Source of the DNA: an uncultured Bacteroidota bacterium
GTDB taxonomy: Bacteria; Bacteroidota; Bacteroidia; Chitinophagales; LD1
Direction: 5' to 3'
NCBI GenBank assembly: GCA_903919075.1
Contig: CAIXGR010000094.1
Location: 32,213-96,212 of the forward strand
DNA length: 64,000 nucleotides
The notes below the pieces were generated by a model. It saw only the letters and a list, made by a program, of their open reading frames with translations. It did not search any database and was not told where the DNA came from. Shown here piece after piece: positions 1 to 9,084 of this stretch; the first letter of the stretch is position 1, and the number at the start of each line of letters is the position of its first letter. Position numbers and translations under genes: made by a program.

Positions 1-114
1 CTTTTAAACTACGGAACCATTACTATAATTGGAACCGGCGGAACAAAAGAATCGTTTACTAATATAGCCCATGCTGTTGAGTTCAGGAAGAAGTTTCAGG
101 AAGTATCGGGATAA
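1..114 (+). CDS. 3' end of an unidentified CDS that begins upstream of the window (partial)
   Basis: Frame 1 is open from base 1 to TAA at 112-114 (...ITIIGTGGTKESFTNIAHAVEFRKKFQEVSG*) by my own translation. No family recognised. Confidence 0.3.
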   Translation, partial: LLNYGTITIIGTGGTKESFTNIAHAVEFRKKFQEVSG

Positions 115-141
115 AAGGTAGGTTTACGAATCCTTGAAGGT

Positions 142-576
142 TTGGTAAAGCATCCAAAAAAAGTGAAAAAGAAAAAGCATCATATAAAGACTGACGATAC
201 AGGTGAAAAAAAATCTAACAAAGGAGATTTTGACCCTGAGTTGTTGCGCATGTATTTGATGAGGGCCACAAACCCCGGCACCAGCAATAAAATTGAAAGA
301 TTTGACGATACTGTTGACTTGCATATAGAAAAGAGCCAGCAAGGCAAAATACCACCTCAGGATGCCCTCTTTATTCAGCTCGAAAATTTTGAATATGCCT
401 TAGATAAAGCCATTGCCTCGGGTAAGCTTGAGTTTAGGGTTATACATGGTTTAGGAAAAGGAAAGTTGAAAGAGGAAATTTGTAAGATACTGAATAAGCA
501 CCCGCATGTTCGGAGTTATGAAAATGATTACCATAGCCGGTACGGGTATGGTAGTACTATTATTTATTTGCAGTAG
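142..576 (+). CDS. Smr (small MutS-related) domain protein
   Basis: C-terminal half (DTVDLHIEK...LEFRVIHGLGKGKLKEEICKIL...VRSYEN) fits the Smr domain pattern. Start is uncertain: TTG at 142, first ATG at 250. Confidence 0.6.
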   Translation: MVKHPKKVKKKKHHIKTDDTGEKKSNKGDFDPELLRMYLMRATNPGTSNKIERFDDTVDLHIEKSQQGKIPPQDALFIQLENFEYALDKAIASGKLEFRVIHGLGKGKLKEEICKILNKHPHVRSYENDYHSRYGYGSTIIYLQ

Positions 577-581
577 TTTTT

Positions 582-635
582 GCTCCCCGCACCCTCTAAC
601 TCCCTAAAGGGAGAACCGCTCTCCAACAAAAAAAA
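582..635. repeat. GC-rich hairpin repeat, family A, copy 1
   Basis: GCTCCCCGCACCCTCTAACTCCCTAAAGGGAGAACCGCTCTCCAACAAAAAAAA. Near-identical to 47236-47289. Contains hairpin CTCCC-TAAA-GGGAG. Confidence 0.7.
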
Positions 636-680
636 TCTGAATTATTTAAAAAGTTTAGCGCTGTTGTATTGGAAGAGCCG

Positions 681-730
681 CCACCTCCTGCTCCCCTGCA
701 AGCTTGCGCACTCCTCGCCGGCGGAGGACA
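681..730. repeat. GC-rich hairpin repeat, family B, copy 1
   Basis: CCACCTCCTGCTCCCCTGCAAGCTTGCGCACTCCTCGCCGGCGGAGGACA aligns with 45216-45267. Contains palindrome GCAAGCTTGC and hairpin CCTC..GGAGG. Lies directly 3' of sucC (minus strand). Confidence 0.6.
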
Positions 731-737
731 AATACAT

Positions 738-1949
738 TTATGCCAATGCTCTTTTTACTTCTTCGGCTGCATCTTTAAGAAGGATAGCGCCGCGTACTTT
801 TAAGCCGCTTTCGTCGATGATGCGTTTGCCTTCTTCGGCGTTGGTGCCTTGTAGGCGCACAATTATGGGCACCGGTATGTTGCCGATAGATTTGTAAGCA
901 TCAACTATACCCTGCGCTACGCGGTCGCAACGAACTATACCACCAAAAATATTTACGAGTATTGCTTTTACATGCGGGTCTTTCAAAATAATACGGAATG
1001 CTTTTTCAACCCGTTCAGCATTGGCGGTTCCGCCTACATCTAAAAAGTTAGCAGGGTCGCCACCGCTTAGTTTTATAATATCCATAGTAGCCATAGCAAG
1101 GCCTGCACCGTTTACCATGCAGCCTACGTTGCCATCTAGTTTCACATAATTTAAGTCGGAATTGCTAGCTTCTACTTCGGTAGGGTCTTCTTCGTTTAAA
1201 TCGCGCATGGCCGCAATATCTTTGTGGCGGTATAGTGCGTTGTCATCTAAACTCATTTTTCCATCAACTGCTATAATTTTGCCATCTGATGTTTTCAAAC
1301 AAGGGTTAATTTCAACCATGCTTGCATCGGCGCTTAAGTATGTGTTATAAACAGCTTTTACAAATTTCTGCATTTCTTTAAGCGCATTGCCACTTAAACC
1401 CAAGTTGAAAGCTATTTTACGACACTGAAAATCCTGCAAGCCTACTTTAGGGTCAATCCATTCTTTTTGAACTTTCTCAGGAGTTTTTTCTGCTACCTCT
1501 TCAATATCCATTCCACCTTCGGTTGAATAAATAATTACGTTTTCGCCTTTACCACGGTCGAGCAGAATAGAGAAATAAAGTTCTTTAGGTTGTTCGGCAC
1601 CAGGGTAGTAAACATCCTGCGCTACCAATACTTTGTTTACCAAGCGGCCATGGGGGCCAGTTTGCTTAGTTACTAATACCTTTCCTAATATGTTGGTTGA
1701 AATTTGTTTTACCTGATCTAAATTTTTTGCCAGTGCTACGCCACGTTGTTCAGCGCCTACTATTGTGCCTTTGCCACGGCCACCAGCATGTATTTGCGAT
1801 TTTACAATTACCCAATCGCTATTATACAGTTCCTTCAATTTCTTAGCTGCATCTACAGCCTGTTCGGGAGTTTCAGCTACAAATCCTTCCTGAATGGCGG
1901 CGCCATTCTTCTTCATTAAGTCTTTAGCCTGGTATTCGTGTAAGTTCAT
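738..1949 (-). CDS. sucC: succinate--CoA ligase (ADP-forming) beta subunit
   Basis: MNLHEYQAKDLM N-terminus, ATP-grasp region and GGIVRCD/RLQGTNAEEG C-terminal motifs. Start moved to the canonical MNLHEYQ Met at 1949; the ORF track extends to 2012. Confidence 0.95.
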   Translation of the reverse strand: MNLHEYQAKDLMKKNGAAIQEGFVAETPEQAVDAAKKLKELYNSDWVIVKSQIHAGGRGKGTIVGAEQRGVALAKNLDQVKQISTNILGKVLVTKQTGPHGRLVNKVLVAQDVYYPGAEQPKELYFSILLDRGKGENVIIYSTEGGMDIEEVAEKTPEKVQKEWIDPKVGLQDFQCRKIAFNLGLSGNALKEMQKFVKAVYNTYLSADASMVEINPCLKTSDGKIIAVDGKMSLDDNALYRHKDIAAMRDLNEEDPTEVEASNSDLNYVKLDGNVGCMVNGAGLAMATMDIIKLSGGDPANFLDVGGTANAERVEKAFRIILKDPHVKAILVNIFGGIVRCDRVAQGIVDAYKSIGNIPVPIIVRLQGTNAEEGKRIIDESGLKVRGAILLKDAAEEVKRALA

Positions 1950-2069
1950 TCTATATAATTGTTGATGAATAGTTAAGCGGGACGAAAATAACAGTTCGGG
2001 CTGAATAGTCAAATGTGCCTTTGAATATTATCACGTTCCAAGATTCCATGTTTATTTTACATTCGTGCT

Positions 2070-2723
2070 ATGATTTTGGAAGCTACTGATATTAGGAAAA
2101 AATACGGAACACTTGAGGTGTTGAAAGGAGTTTCTCTTTCGGTAAAAAAGGGGGAGATTGTTTCGTTGGTGGGGCCTTCGGGGGCGGGGAAATCAACGTT
2201 GCTTCATATTATTGGTACGCTCGACAAACCTGATGCAGGGAAAGTAAATATTGAATGCAGAGAGATTGTAATGAATAACGATAAATCGTTAGCTGCTTTC
2301 CGGAATAAAAGTATTGGTTTCATTTTTCAGTTTCATCATTTACTACCTGAGTTTACCGCGCTTGAAAATATTTGTATACCGGCGTTTATTGGTGGTGTAT
2401 CGAAAACCGTTGCCGAAAAGAAAGCTGCGGAGTTACTAGAGGTGATGAAGTTAGGACACCGGACCCATCATAAGCCTTCGGAATTATCGGGCGGCGAACA
2501 GCAACGTGTGGCGGTAGCACGTGCGCTTATTAATAGCCCTGCGCTGGTTATGGCCGATGAGCCTTCTGGCAACCTGGATACGAATAATGCACGCGATTTA
2601 CATAAGCTTTTTTTTGAATTGCGCACACAGCTTAATCAAACATTTATTATTGTTACCCATAACGAAGAATTGGCTGGTATGGCCGACCGGACTATACACA
2701 TGAAGGATGGGATGATGGTTTAA
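2070..2723 (+). CDS. ABC transporter ATP-binding protein (LolD/MacB-like)
   Basis: Walker [13 protein letters not shown] signature [15 protein letters not shown], Walker [13 protein letters not shown]. Confidence 0.85.
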   Translation: MILEATDIRKKYGTLEVLKGVSLSVKKGEIVSLVGPSGAGKSTLLHIIGTLDKPDAGKVNIECREIVMNNDKSLAAFRNKSIGFIFQFHHLLPEFTALENICIPAFIGGVSKTVAEKKAAELLEVMKLGHRTHHKPSELSGGEQQRVAVARALINSPALVMADEPSGNLDTNNARDLHKLFFELRTQLNQTFIIVTHNEELAGMADRTIHMKDGMMV

Positions 2724-2780
2724 AGGTGGTAACAGGTGCTAACACTTTTATTTTATTAATCATTGACAATCAACATATTA

Positions 2781-2842
2781 CTATTAAAGCATTGATAACC
2801 AACTTATATTTAAATATAAGTTGGTTATCAATGCTTTAATAG
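2781..2842. repeat. perfect 62-bp palindrome (31-bp arms, no spacer)
   Basis: CTATTAAAGCATTGATAACCAACTTATATTT / AAATATAAGTTGGTTATCAATGCTTTAATAG, read directly from the sequence. Sits between the ABC ATPase gene and the next + strand gene. Confidence 0.9.
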
Positions 2843-2942
2843 TTTGCAATTACCTACCTGTTTTGAATTTCGAAAGCAGCAGATTTGAATAAAAAGGGCT
2901 ACCTTACGCATTCAATAATTTACAATTCTTTAATGAACTATT

Positions 2943-4634
2943 ATGAAAAAAATATATTTATTATCAGGTGTATTTATTTTGCTTTTGCTTAACCAAGGAT
3001 TAAATTTAAAAGCACAAGGTGGTGTTGGGATAAACGGAGTGGGCGCACCACCGGATAACTCAGCGGGATTAGATGTAAACTACACGAACAAAGGCCTGCT
3101 GATGCCAAGGCTTACAACATTACAACGCGATGCAATAGTTAATCCTGCAGAAGGCCTTCAGATTTACAACACAGATTGTAAAGTGTATAATTTTAATGCC
3201 GGCACACCCTCTAATCCAAACTGGGCAACAATTAATTCTTCGAACGCATTAATAGCCGGGGTAAGCATTTACGCTGTACCTGCCGGTGCTATTTGTGCAG
3301 GTACTAATGTAACCTTTACTGCTACCCCCTCCAGCGGTATTGGTTCGTTAAGCTATCAATGGCAAGTGAATGGCGGAAACGTGGGTAATAATAGTGCCTC
3401 GTACAGTACTACCGGTTTGAATAATGGCGATGTAGTAACTTGTGTGCTAACATCTACAGCCCCATGTGTTTCAGGTTCGCCAGCAACGTCAAATGCTATA
3501 GTAATGGAAGTGAACCCCTACTTACCTGCCAGTGTAAATATTGATATAAGCCCTTCCAATTCAGTGTGTGCATTAACCAGTGTTACCTTTACGGCAACAC
3601 CTTCAAATGGTGGCCCCTCTCCTTCTTACCAATGGCAGATAAACGGAACTAATAACGGTGTAATTGGCCCTACTTATACAACCACAGGATTAAATAACAA
3701 TGACCAGGTAACCTGTGTAATTACGTCGAACGCTACTTGTGTAACCGGTTCGCCGGCCACTTCGAATAACATAAACATGACGATTTATTCAATTCCGGCA
3801 TCTACCTTTTATCCTCATTATGTTCCTGTAAATCTGGCAACCAGTTTTGCGCCAACAGTAACGGGTGCAACTTATGCTTGGACATTTACGGGTGGGTCGC
3901 TAGCAAGCAGCACCGATCAAAACCCATCTGTAACCTGGACATCGACAGGAATTGACACCGTGACTTTACAGGTAACTTTGAACGGCTGTTCTACCACAAC
4001 TAAAAGCTTGCTTACTGTGGCTAATCCGCAACCTTCGTGCCTTGCAATACTTAGTGTAGATCCTTCATCGCAAAATGGAATATATACTATTGTGCCTCCA
4101 GGAGGCGGAGGACAAATGTCGGTTTATTGTGACATGGTTACTGATGGCGGGGGCTGGACGCTTGTAGGTAAAAGTGATTACCAAAGCACTGCCAATTCGG
4201 ACCCAAGCACTGTGAACGGATGGCCACTTAATGTTTACGATGTAGGAGATAATGGAACCGGCACTGGAAAATTTGATGATGGCTTGACTGATAATATTGC
4301 TACCAATAAACAGGTATGGCTATCGGCACCGGGTAGCTTGGATTACATTAAGTTTTCGTATTCGGGTACATACAACTATACTTGGGATAACATGGGCGTT
4401 TCGGGACTTACATCGAGCTATTTTGCCAATTGGAGTGGCGTATTGGAACAAGATGGGGGTTTCGGGTGGTTTTTGAGAGGCGACCCTTATGATGGCAGAA
4501 TAGTTGCTATGGATGCGGGTGGCCAATATTGTGGCGGCTCATCTATAAGTGTTGGCCCGGGTACGCAAACAAATATTAATACCTGTGGCGGGCAGGATCA
4601 GGCATGGTATAGATATCTTTGGTTTGTACGATAA
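2943..4634 (+). CDS. secreted multidomain protein with two Ig-like repeat modules and a C-terminal fibrinogen-related-like domain
   Basis: N-terminal signal peptide. Duplicated module C.GTNVTFTATPS...YQWQ.NG...TTGLNN.D.VTCV.TS...C.GSPATSN. C-terminal SCLAIL...NGIYTIVP...VYCDMVTDGGGWTLV motif. Confidence 0.6.
   Translation: MKKIYLLSGVFILLLLNQGLNLKAQGGVGINGVGAPPDNSAGLDVNYTNKGLLMPRLTTLQRDAIVNPAEGLQIYNTDCKVYNFNAGTPSNPNWATINSSNALIAGVSIYAVPAGAICAGTNVTFTATPSSGIGSLSYQWQVNGGNVGNNSASYSTTGLNNGDVVTCVLTSTAPCVSGSPATSNAIVMEVNPYLPASVNIDISPSNSVCALTSVTFTATPSNGGPSPSYQWQINGTNNGVIGPTYTTTGLNNNDQVTCVITSNATCVTGSPATSNNINMTIYSIPASTFYPHYVPVNLATSFAPTVTGATYAWTFTGGSLASSTDQNPSVTWTSTGIDTVTLQVTLNGCSTTTKSLLTVANPQPSCLAILSVDPSSQNGIYTIVPPGGGGQMSVYCDMVTDGGGWTLVGKSDYQSTANSDPSTVNGWPLNVYDVGDNGTGTGKFDDGLTDNIATNKQVWLSAPGSLDYIKFSYSGTYNYTWDNMGVSGLTSSYFANWSGVLEQDGGFGWFLRGDPYDGRIVAMDAGGQYCGGSSISVGPGTQTNINTCGGQDQAWYRYLWFVR
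3294..3785 (+). repeat. two tandem coding repeats (~75-aa Ig-like modules) inside the 2943-4634 CDS
   Basis: CAGTNVTFTATPSSGIGSLSYQWQVNG...SPATSNAIVMEV versus CALTSVTFTATPSNGGPSPSYQWQING...SPATSNNINMTI. Confidence 0.8.
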
Positions 4635-4683
4635 TGTGCTTGGGTAAACAAGTCTTCCAACTTTCTAATTAGTAAACTCAACA

Positions 4684-4708
4684 TAATTTTGCGGGATTTG
4701 TATATTTG
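4684..4708 (+). promoter_or_regulatory. candidate Bacteroidota -7 promoter boxes upstream of ychF
   Basis: TAATTTTG (4684-4691) and TATATTTG (4701-4708) both fit TAnnTTTG. The ATG is at 4759. Confidence 0.35.
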
Positions 4709-4758
4709 CCGCCCGTTTTGCTATGCTTAATTAGCAAAACGCTAATAAAAAAACTGAT

Positions 4759-5856
4759 ATGGGTTTACAATGTGGTATTGTCGGTCTTCCGAATGTGGGC
4801 AAGTCAACTTTATTTAATGCCTTGTCGTCGGCTAAAGCGCAGGCGGCGAACTTTCCGTTTTGCACTATAGACCCAAACATAGGCGTGGTTACTGTGCCTG
4901 ATAAAAGATTGAATAAGCTTGAAGAGTTAGTAAAACCACAAAGGGTACTACCCACAACAATTGAGTTTGTAGATATTGCAGGGCTGGTAAAAGGAGCCAG
5001 CAAAGGAGAGGGATTGGGTAACCAATTTCTCGGCAACATCCGCACAGTAGATGCAGTGATACATGTATTGCGCTGCTTTGACGACCCCAATATCATTCAC
5101 GTAGATGGTTCGGTGAACCCGGTGCGCGATAAAGAGATTGTAGATACGGAACTACAGTTGAAAGACCTTGAAAGCGTAGACAAGAAGATTGAGCGCTATA
5201 AGAAAATGTCGAAGACCGGAGATAAAGAGATGTTAAAGGGGCTTGAGGTGATGGAGATTTACAAAAAACATCTTGAGAGCGGACAATCAGCTCGTTTTGC
5301 ACCTGTAACACCGGAAGACAAAAGGTTTATTGAAGACATACAGCTACTAACAGCCAAGCCGGTTATATATGCTTGTAATGTTGACGAAAGCAGTGTAGTA
5401 AACGGCAACCAATATGTTGAAGTTGTAAGAAAAGCTGTAGAAGGCGAAAATGCAGAAGTAGTTATTATTTCGGCAGCTATTGAATCGGAAATTGCAGTAT
5501 TGGAAAGTGCTGAAGACCGGGATGCATTTTTATCGGACTTGGGACTTGCAGAATCGGGTTTGAACCGATTGATACAGGCTGCATACCACTTATTAAGCCT
5601 ACAAACATACTTTACGGCAGGCGAGAAAGAAGTGCGTGCCTGGACCATACATATAGGTGACAAAGCACCTAAAGCAGCGGGTGTTATTCACTCAGATTTT
5701 GAAAAAGGATTTATACGTGCCGAGGTAATGGCTTACGCCGATTTTGTAAATTATAAATCTGAAGCGGCTTGCCGTGCGGTTGGTAAATTACGTTCGGAAG
5801 GGAAAGAATATATTGTGCATGATGGAGACATTATGCATTTCCTTTTCAACGTTTAG
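4759..5856 (+). CDS. ychF: redox-regulated ATPase YchF (Obg-family)
   Basis: GIVGLPNVGKSTLFNAL P-loop, DIAGLVKGASKGEGLGN, and the C-terminal TGS-like region HSDFEKGFIRAEV...DGDIMHFLFNV. Confidence 0.95.
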   Translation: MGLQCGIVGLPNVGKSTLFNALSSAKAQAANFPFCTIDPNIGVVTVPDKRLNKLEELVKPQRVLPTTIEFVDIAGLVKGASKGEGLGNQFLGNIRTVDAVIHVLRCFDDPNIIHVDGSVNPVRDKEIVDTELQLKDLESVDKKIERYKKMSKTGDKEMLKGLEVMEIYKKHLESGQSARFAPVTPEDKRFIEDIQLLTAKPVIYACNVDESSVVNGNQYVEVVRKAVEGENAEVVIISAAIESEIAVLESAEDRDAFLSDLGLAESGLNRLIQAAYHLLSLQTYFTAGEKEVRAWTIHIGDKAPKAAGVIHSDFEKGFIRAEVMAYADFVNYKSEAACRAVGKLRSEGKEYIVHDGDIMHFLFNV

Positions 5857-5876
5857 CATTACTTACTTTTCACTAT

Positions 5877-6233
5877 TTACTTTCCCTTTCCTTGTTCCCA
5901 CTCAGCAGTCATTTTAGCCAGATGATCGGCAAACTTTTGCGCTTCTTGCATAGCGTGCGGATTGCCGGTGGCTTTAGCATAAGATTCTGTCATAGCAAGT
6001 AGCGTTTGAAAATAATGCGAGTGCATTTCATCAATCGTCATATCATTAGTCCAAAGATCAATCTTTAGGGTTTGACTTTGAACCAAATCCCAAATTGAAA
6101 TCATAATACTTTTACAATCGCGTAATTCCTGGTTTTTTGAATCAGTTGCAGCCCACTTAATATCTACCGGCATGTTTTTATCATCTAAACCAATTTTAAA
6201 TCTAATCTCTGATGTTTTAGCTATCTGGGTCAT
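5877..6233 (-). CDS. gldC: gliding motility protein GldC
   Basis: About 118 aa with the pattern I..WD......L.IDLWT.DM.IDEM...F.QT..AM...Y..AT that I recall from Flavobacterium GldC. Confidence 0.7.
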   Translation of the reverse strand: MTQIAKTSEIRFKIGLDDKNMPVDIKWAATDSKNQELRDCKSIMISIWDLVQSQTLKIDLWTNDMTIDEMHSHYFQTLLAMTESYAKATGNPHAMQEAQKFADHLAKMTAEWEQGKGK

Positions 6234-6273
6234 ATCATTCTGTGTTTATATTTATTAAACTAAATTCATATTA

Positions 6274-6879
6274 CTACTTCCACTTCTTCACCAACTCTGT
6301 TATTTCATCCTGAATTGATTTTGTCATATCATTTTGATACCATTCATTAACCTGGCGTAATTTCTCTTTGTAATCAATTACAGAACTGTCTTTATATTCT
6401 TTAACCATCTTCTGCAATTCAGCAGGGCGAGGGCCCCATACGCCTAATTCTTTTAAATGTTCGGCCTGCAAACATATTAATTTAGGTATTGAATTTGACC
6501 CTTCGGTATGATAAGCCTTCATTATTTCAGGATTTTCATCGCGGAATAATATCCTGAAATCAATTTTATCAGAGGCAGTTGAAATGATATACAGCGCAGG
6601 CAGACCCCATGCGGCATCGCCGCACCAGGGCTCACTTATTACTAACCATACCCAGTTTTCTTTTAATTCGCTAACCAGATTATACAGCTTTTGCTGAAGT
6701 GTCATATGTTCAAGCACTTTTTGCATCTGTTCAAGGTTTAAACGGGTATAGCGAAGCGTGCTTTCCTTTGCATATTTGCCTACCGGTGAATCGCTTTGAA
6801 TAACTGCCCTTGTAAAGGCCAAATATTCATCAAAACTGATTGCCCGGTTTATATCTTCCTGTTTAATAACTTGCTGCAT
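6274..6879 (-). CDS. thioredoxin-fold family protein
   Basis: VISEPWCGDAAWGLP motif, with a single Cys in a Trx-like position. Size and layout are typical of Bacteroidota thioredoxin-family proteins. Confidence 0.55.
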   Translation of the reverse strand: MQQVIKQEDINRAISFDEYLAFTRAVIQSDSPVGKYAKESTLRYTRLNLEQMQKVLEHMTLQQKLYNLVSELKENWVWLVISEPWCGDAAWGLPALYIISTASDKIDFRILFRDENPEIMKAYHTEGSNSIPKLICLQAEHLKELGVWGPRPAELQKMVKEYKDSSVIDYKEKLRQVNEWYQNDMTKSIQDEITELVKKWK

Positions 6880-6997
6880 ATAACAGGTGCGAATATAAGG
6901 CAGTAGTTAGTATTTAGCATAAAGCCTATAATCATCAATTCGGCAGCTAATACTTAATCTAATAATTTATAACTTCGTATGGTCAACATTATAAATT

Positions 6998-7999
6998 ATG
7001 GAATATAGAAGACTTGGTAAATCGGGGCTACAGATAAGCGCACTTTCTTTAGGCAGTTGGGTAACTTTTGGGAGCCAGATTAGCGATGAAGTTGCAGAAG
7101 AACTAATGGTGAAAGCTTATAATGCCGGTGTGAATTTTTTCGATAATGCAGAAGTATACGCACTTGGTAAGAGCGAATTAGTAATGGGCAATATTTTAAA
7201 AAAGCAAAACTGGGAACGAGATACTTATATAGTGTCATCAAAGGTTTTCTGGGGAAGAATTAAAGACCCAAAACCCAACCAGCATGGGTTAATGCGGAAA
7301 CATATAGTTGAAGCCTGCCACGCTGCTTTAAAAAGATTACAGGTAGAGTATCTTGACCTATACTTATGCCATCGCCCTGATATTAATTCGCCCATTGAAG
7401 AAACCGTTTGGACGATGCACAACCTTATTCAACAAGGTAAAATATTTTATTGGGGCACTAGTGAGTGGACTGCGCAGCAAATTACTGAGGCACATTACTG
7501 GGCATCAAAAAATCACTTAATAGGGCCTGTGGTTGAGCAACCGCAATACAATATGTTTCACCGTACTTTTATGGAGCGCGATTATCTTCCGCTTTTTGAA
7601 AATTTCGGTATGGGAACTACCATATGGAGCCCGCTTGCTTCGGGTTTTTTAACCGGTAAGTATACATCTGGGAACCAAGCTGGGAACAACACCTCAGATA
7701 AACCCAGACTTGAAACCATGCAATGGCTAAAAGACCGAACATTGAATGATACAGCCAAAGTTGAGCAGATAAAAAAACTGGAACAATTAGCAAAAGACCT
7801 TGGTATTCCACTTACACACCTTGCTTTGTGCTGGTGTTTAAAAAACAAAAATGTTTCTACTGTAATACTAGGCGCATCAAAGGTTATTCAACTAGAAGAA
7901 AACCTGAAATGTCTTGATTCAATGCCGAAACTTACTGATGAGGTAATGATGAAGGTTGAAGAAATACTTCAGAATAAGCCGAAGGTTGTGGTGTACTAA
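6998..7999 (+). CDS. aldo/keto reductase (Kv-beta-subunit-like)
   Basis: MEYRRLGKSGLQISALSLGSW..., FDNAEVYA.GKSE, DLYLCHRPD and GASK...QLEENL are hallmark AKR motifs. Confidence 0.85.
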   Translation: MEYRRLGKSGLQISALSLGSWVTFGSQISDEVAEELMVKAYNAGVNFFDNAEVYALGKSELVMGNILKKQNWERDTYIVSSKVFWGRIKDPKPNQHGLMRKHIVEACHAALKRLQVEYLDLYLCHRPDINSPIEETVWTMHNLIQQGKIFYWGTSEWTAQQITEAHYWASKNHLIGPVVEQPQYNMFHRTFMERDYLPLFENFGMGTTIWSPLASGFLTGKYTSGNQAGNNTSDKPRLETMQWLKDRTLNDTAKVEQIKKLEQLAKDLGIPLTHLALCWCLKNKNVSTVILGASKVIQLEENLKCLDSMPKLTDEVMMKVEEILQNKPKVVVY

Positions 8000-8001
8000 T
8001 T

Positions 8002-9045
8002 CTAAATATCTAAATATTCAGCATCAGCACTTACAGGATAGCGCATTAAAAATTTAAGCGCACGCTCCATCGCAAGGTCTTCGAATAAAACTTTGGCTAT
8101 GGTTTGTAAAAGTGGTGCTGAAGCACCAAGATGATCAACTATTAATTTACCTATTTTTAAAGTGCGAACACCTTCTGCTACTTCACCAATATCACGTAGA
8201 ATATCGTCTAGCTTTTCGCCCTTAGCTATCCGGTAGCCAACACTGTAATTTCTTGATTTAGGGGATGTGCAAGTGGCAATTAAATCGCCGATACCGGCAA
8301 TGCCAAGAAAAGCTCTTTTATCGGCTCCTAATGCTTTGCCTATATAAATCATTTCGGCCATGCCGCGGGTAATAAGCAATGCCCTTGCATTTTCGCCGTA
8401 ACCCAATCCGTTAAGCGCACCGCATGCAATGGCAACATAATTTTTAAGCACGCCCGAGAGTTCGATACCAAGAATATCTTTACTGCCATATACCTGGAAA
8501 CGCTCAGTTCTTAAAGCAGCTTGCCCTTCGCTTATCACCTCGTTAAAACGGCTGGCAATAACTGTGGCGGCCGGTTGCTTTTCCATAATTTCTAAAGCCA
8601 AGTTAGGACCTGCCAGGCATCCCACACGTACAATTCCAGTCTCCTGCAAGATTAACTCGCTCATCGTTTTAATTTCCTTCAGACTAATTGTTTTGGCATC
8701 AGCTTTCTCAATATCAAATTCGCAATGCAGCCCCTTAGTAGCGTGAATCATAATATGATCGGGGCGCAGGTAGGGCGAAAAATCAATAATCATGTTTTTA
8801 AAATAGGCAGATGGAACCACCGGGAACAATAAAAAACAATTTGAAGCTACCTGCTCTAACGATTCTGCAATTTCTACGTTTTGGTGCAAGGCAAAATTCC
8901 TCACGGTCCTCTCCTTCCTCAAAAACGCAGCAGCATCTTTATTGTGCTCATAAAGCAATACCTTTTGGTTTTCGGCAAGCAGGTTTGCTATGGCCGAACC
9001 GAAACTTCCGGCACCAATAACTCCTACTCTTCTATTTTGCGACAT
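8002..9045 (-). CDS. gpsA: NAD(P)H-dependent glycerol-3-phosphate dehydrogenase
   Basis: N-terminal GAGSFGSAIA Rossmann motif, GIELSGVLKNYVAIACG and GDLIATCTSPKSRNY motifs. Confidence 0.9.
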   Translation of the reverse strand: MSQNRRVGVIGAGSFGSAIANLLAENQKVLLYEHNKDAAAFLRKERTVRNFALHQNVEIAESLEQVASNCFLLFPVVPSAYFKNMIIDFSPYLRPDHIMIHATKGLHCEFDIEKADAKTISLKEIKTMSELILQETGIVRVGCLAGPNLALEIMEKQPAATVIASRFNEVISEGQAALRTERFQVYGSKDILGIELSGVLKNYVAIACGALNGLGYGENARALLITRGMAEMIYIGKALGADKRAFLGIAGIGDLIATCTSPKSRNYSVGYRIAKGEKLDDILRDIGEVAEGVRTLKIGKLIVDHLGASAPLLQTIAKVLFEDLAMERALKFLMRYPVSADAEYLDI

Positions 9046-9084
9046 ACTTTTACTTCAATTTAAAAACCGAAAATTATAAATGCA

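Noticed and set aside
580-897. 105-aa plus-strand ORF (MLPAPSNSLKGEP...), with a sibling ORF at 47156-47353 (..LPAPPNSLRGEPP..)
   Set aside because: Both are read-throughs of the GC-rich family A/B repeats, and 580-897 continues antisense into sucC. The shared peptide is explained by DNA repeat identity, not by a conserved protein.
2781-2842. 62-bp palindrome as a MITE or IS end
   Set aside because: There is no second copy in the window, no flanking target-site duplication that I could see, and no transposase nearby. It is kept as an unexplained palindrome instead.
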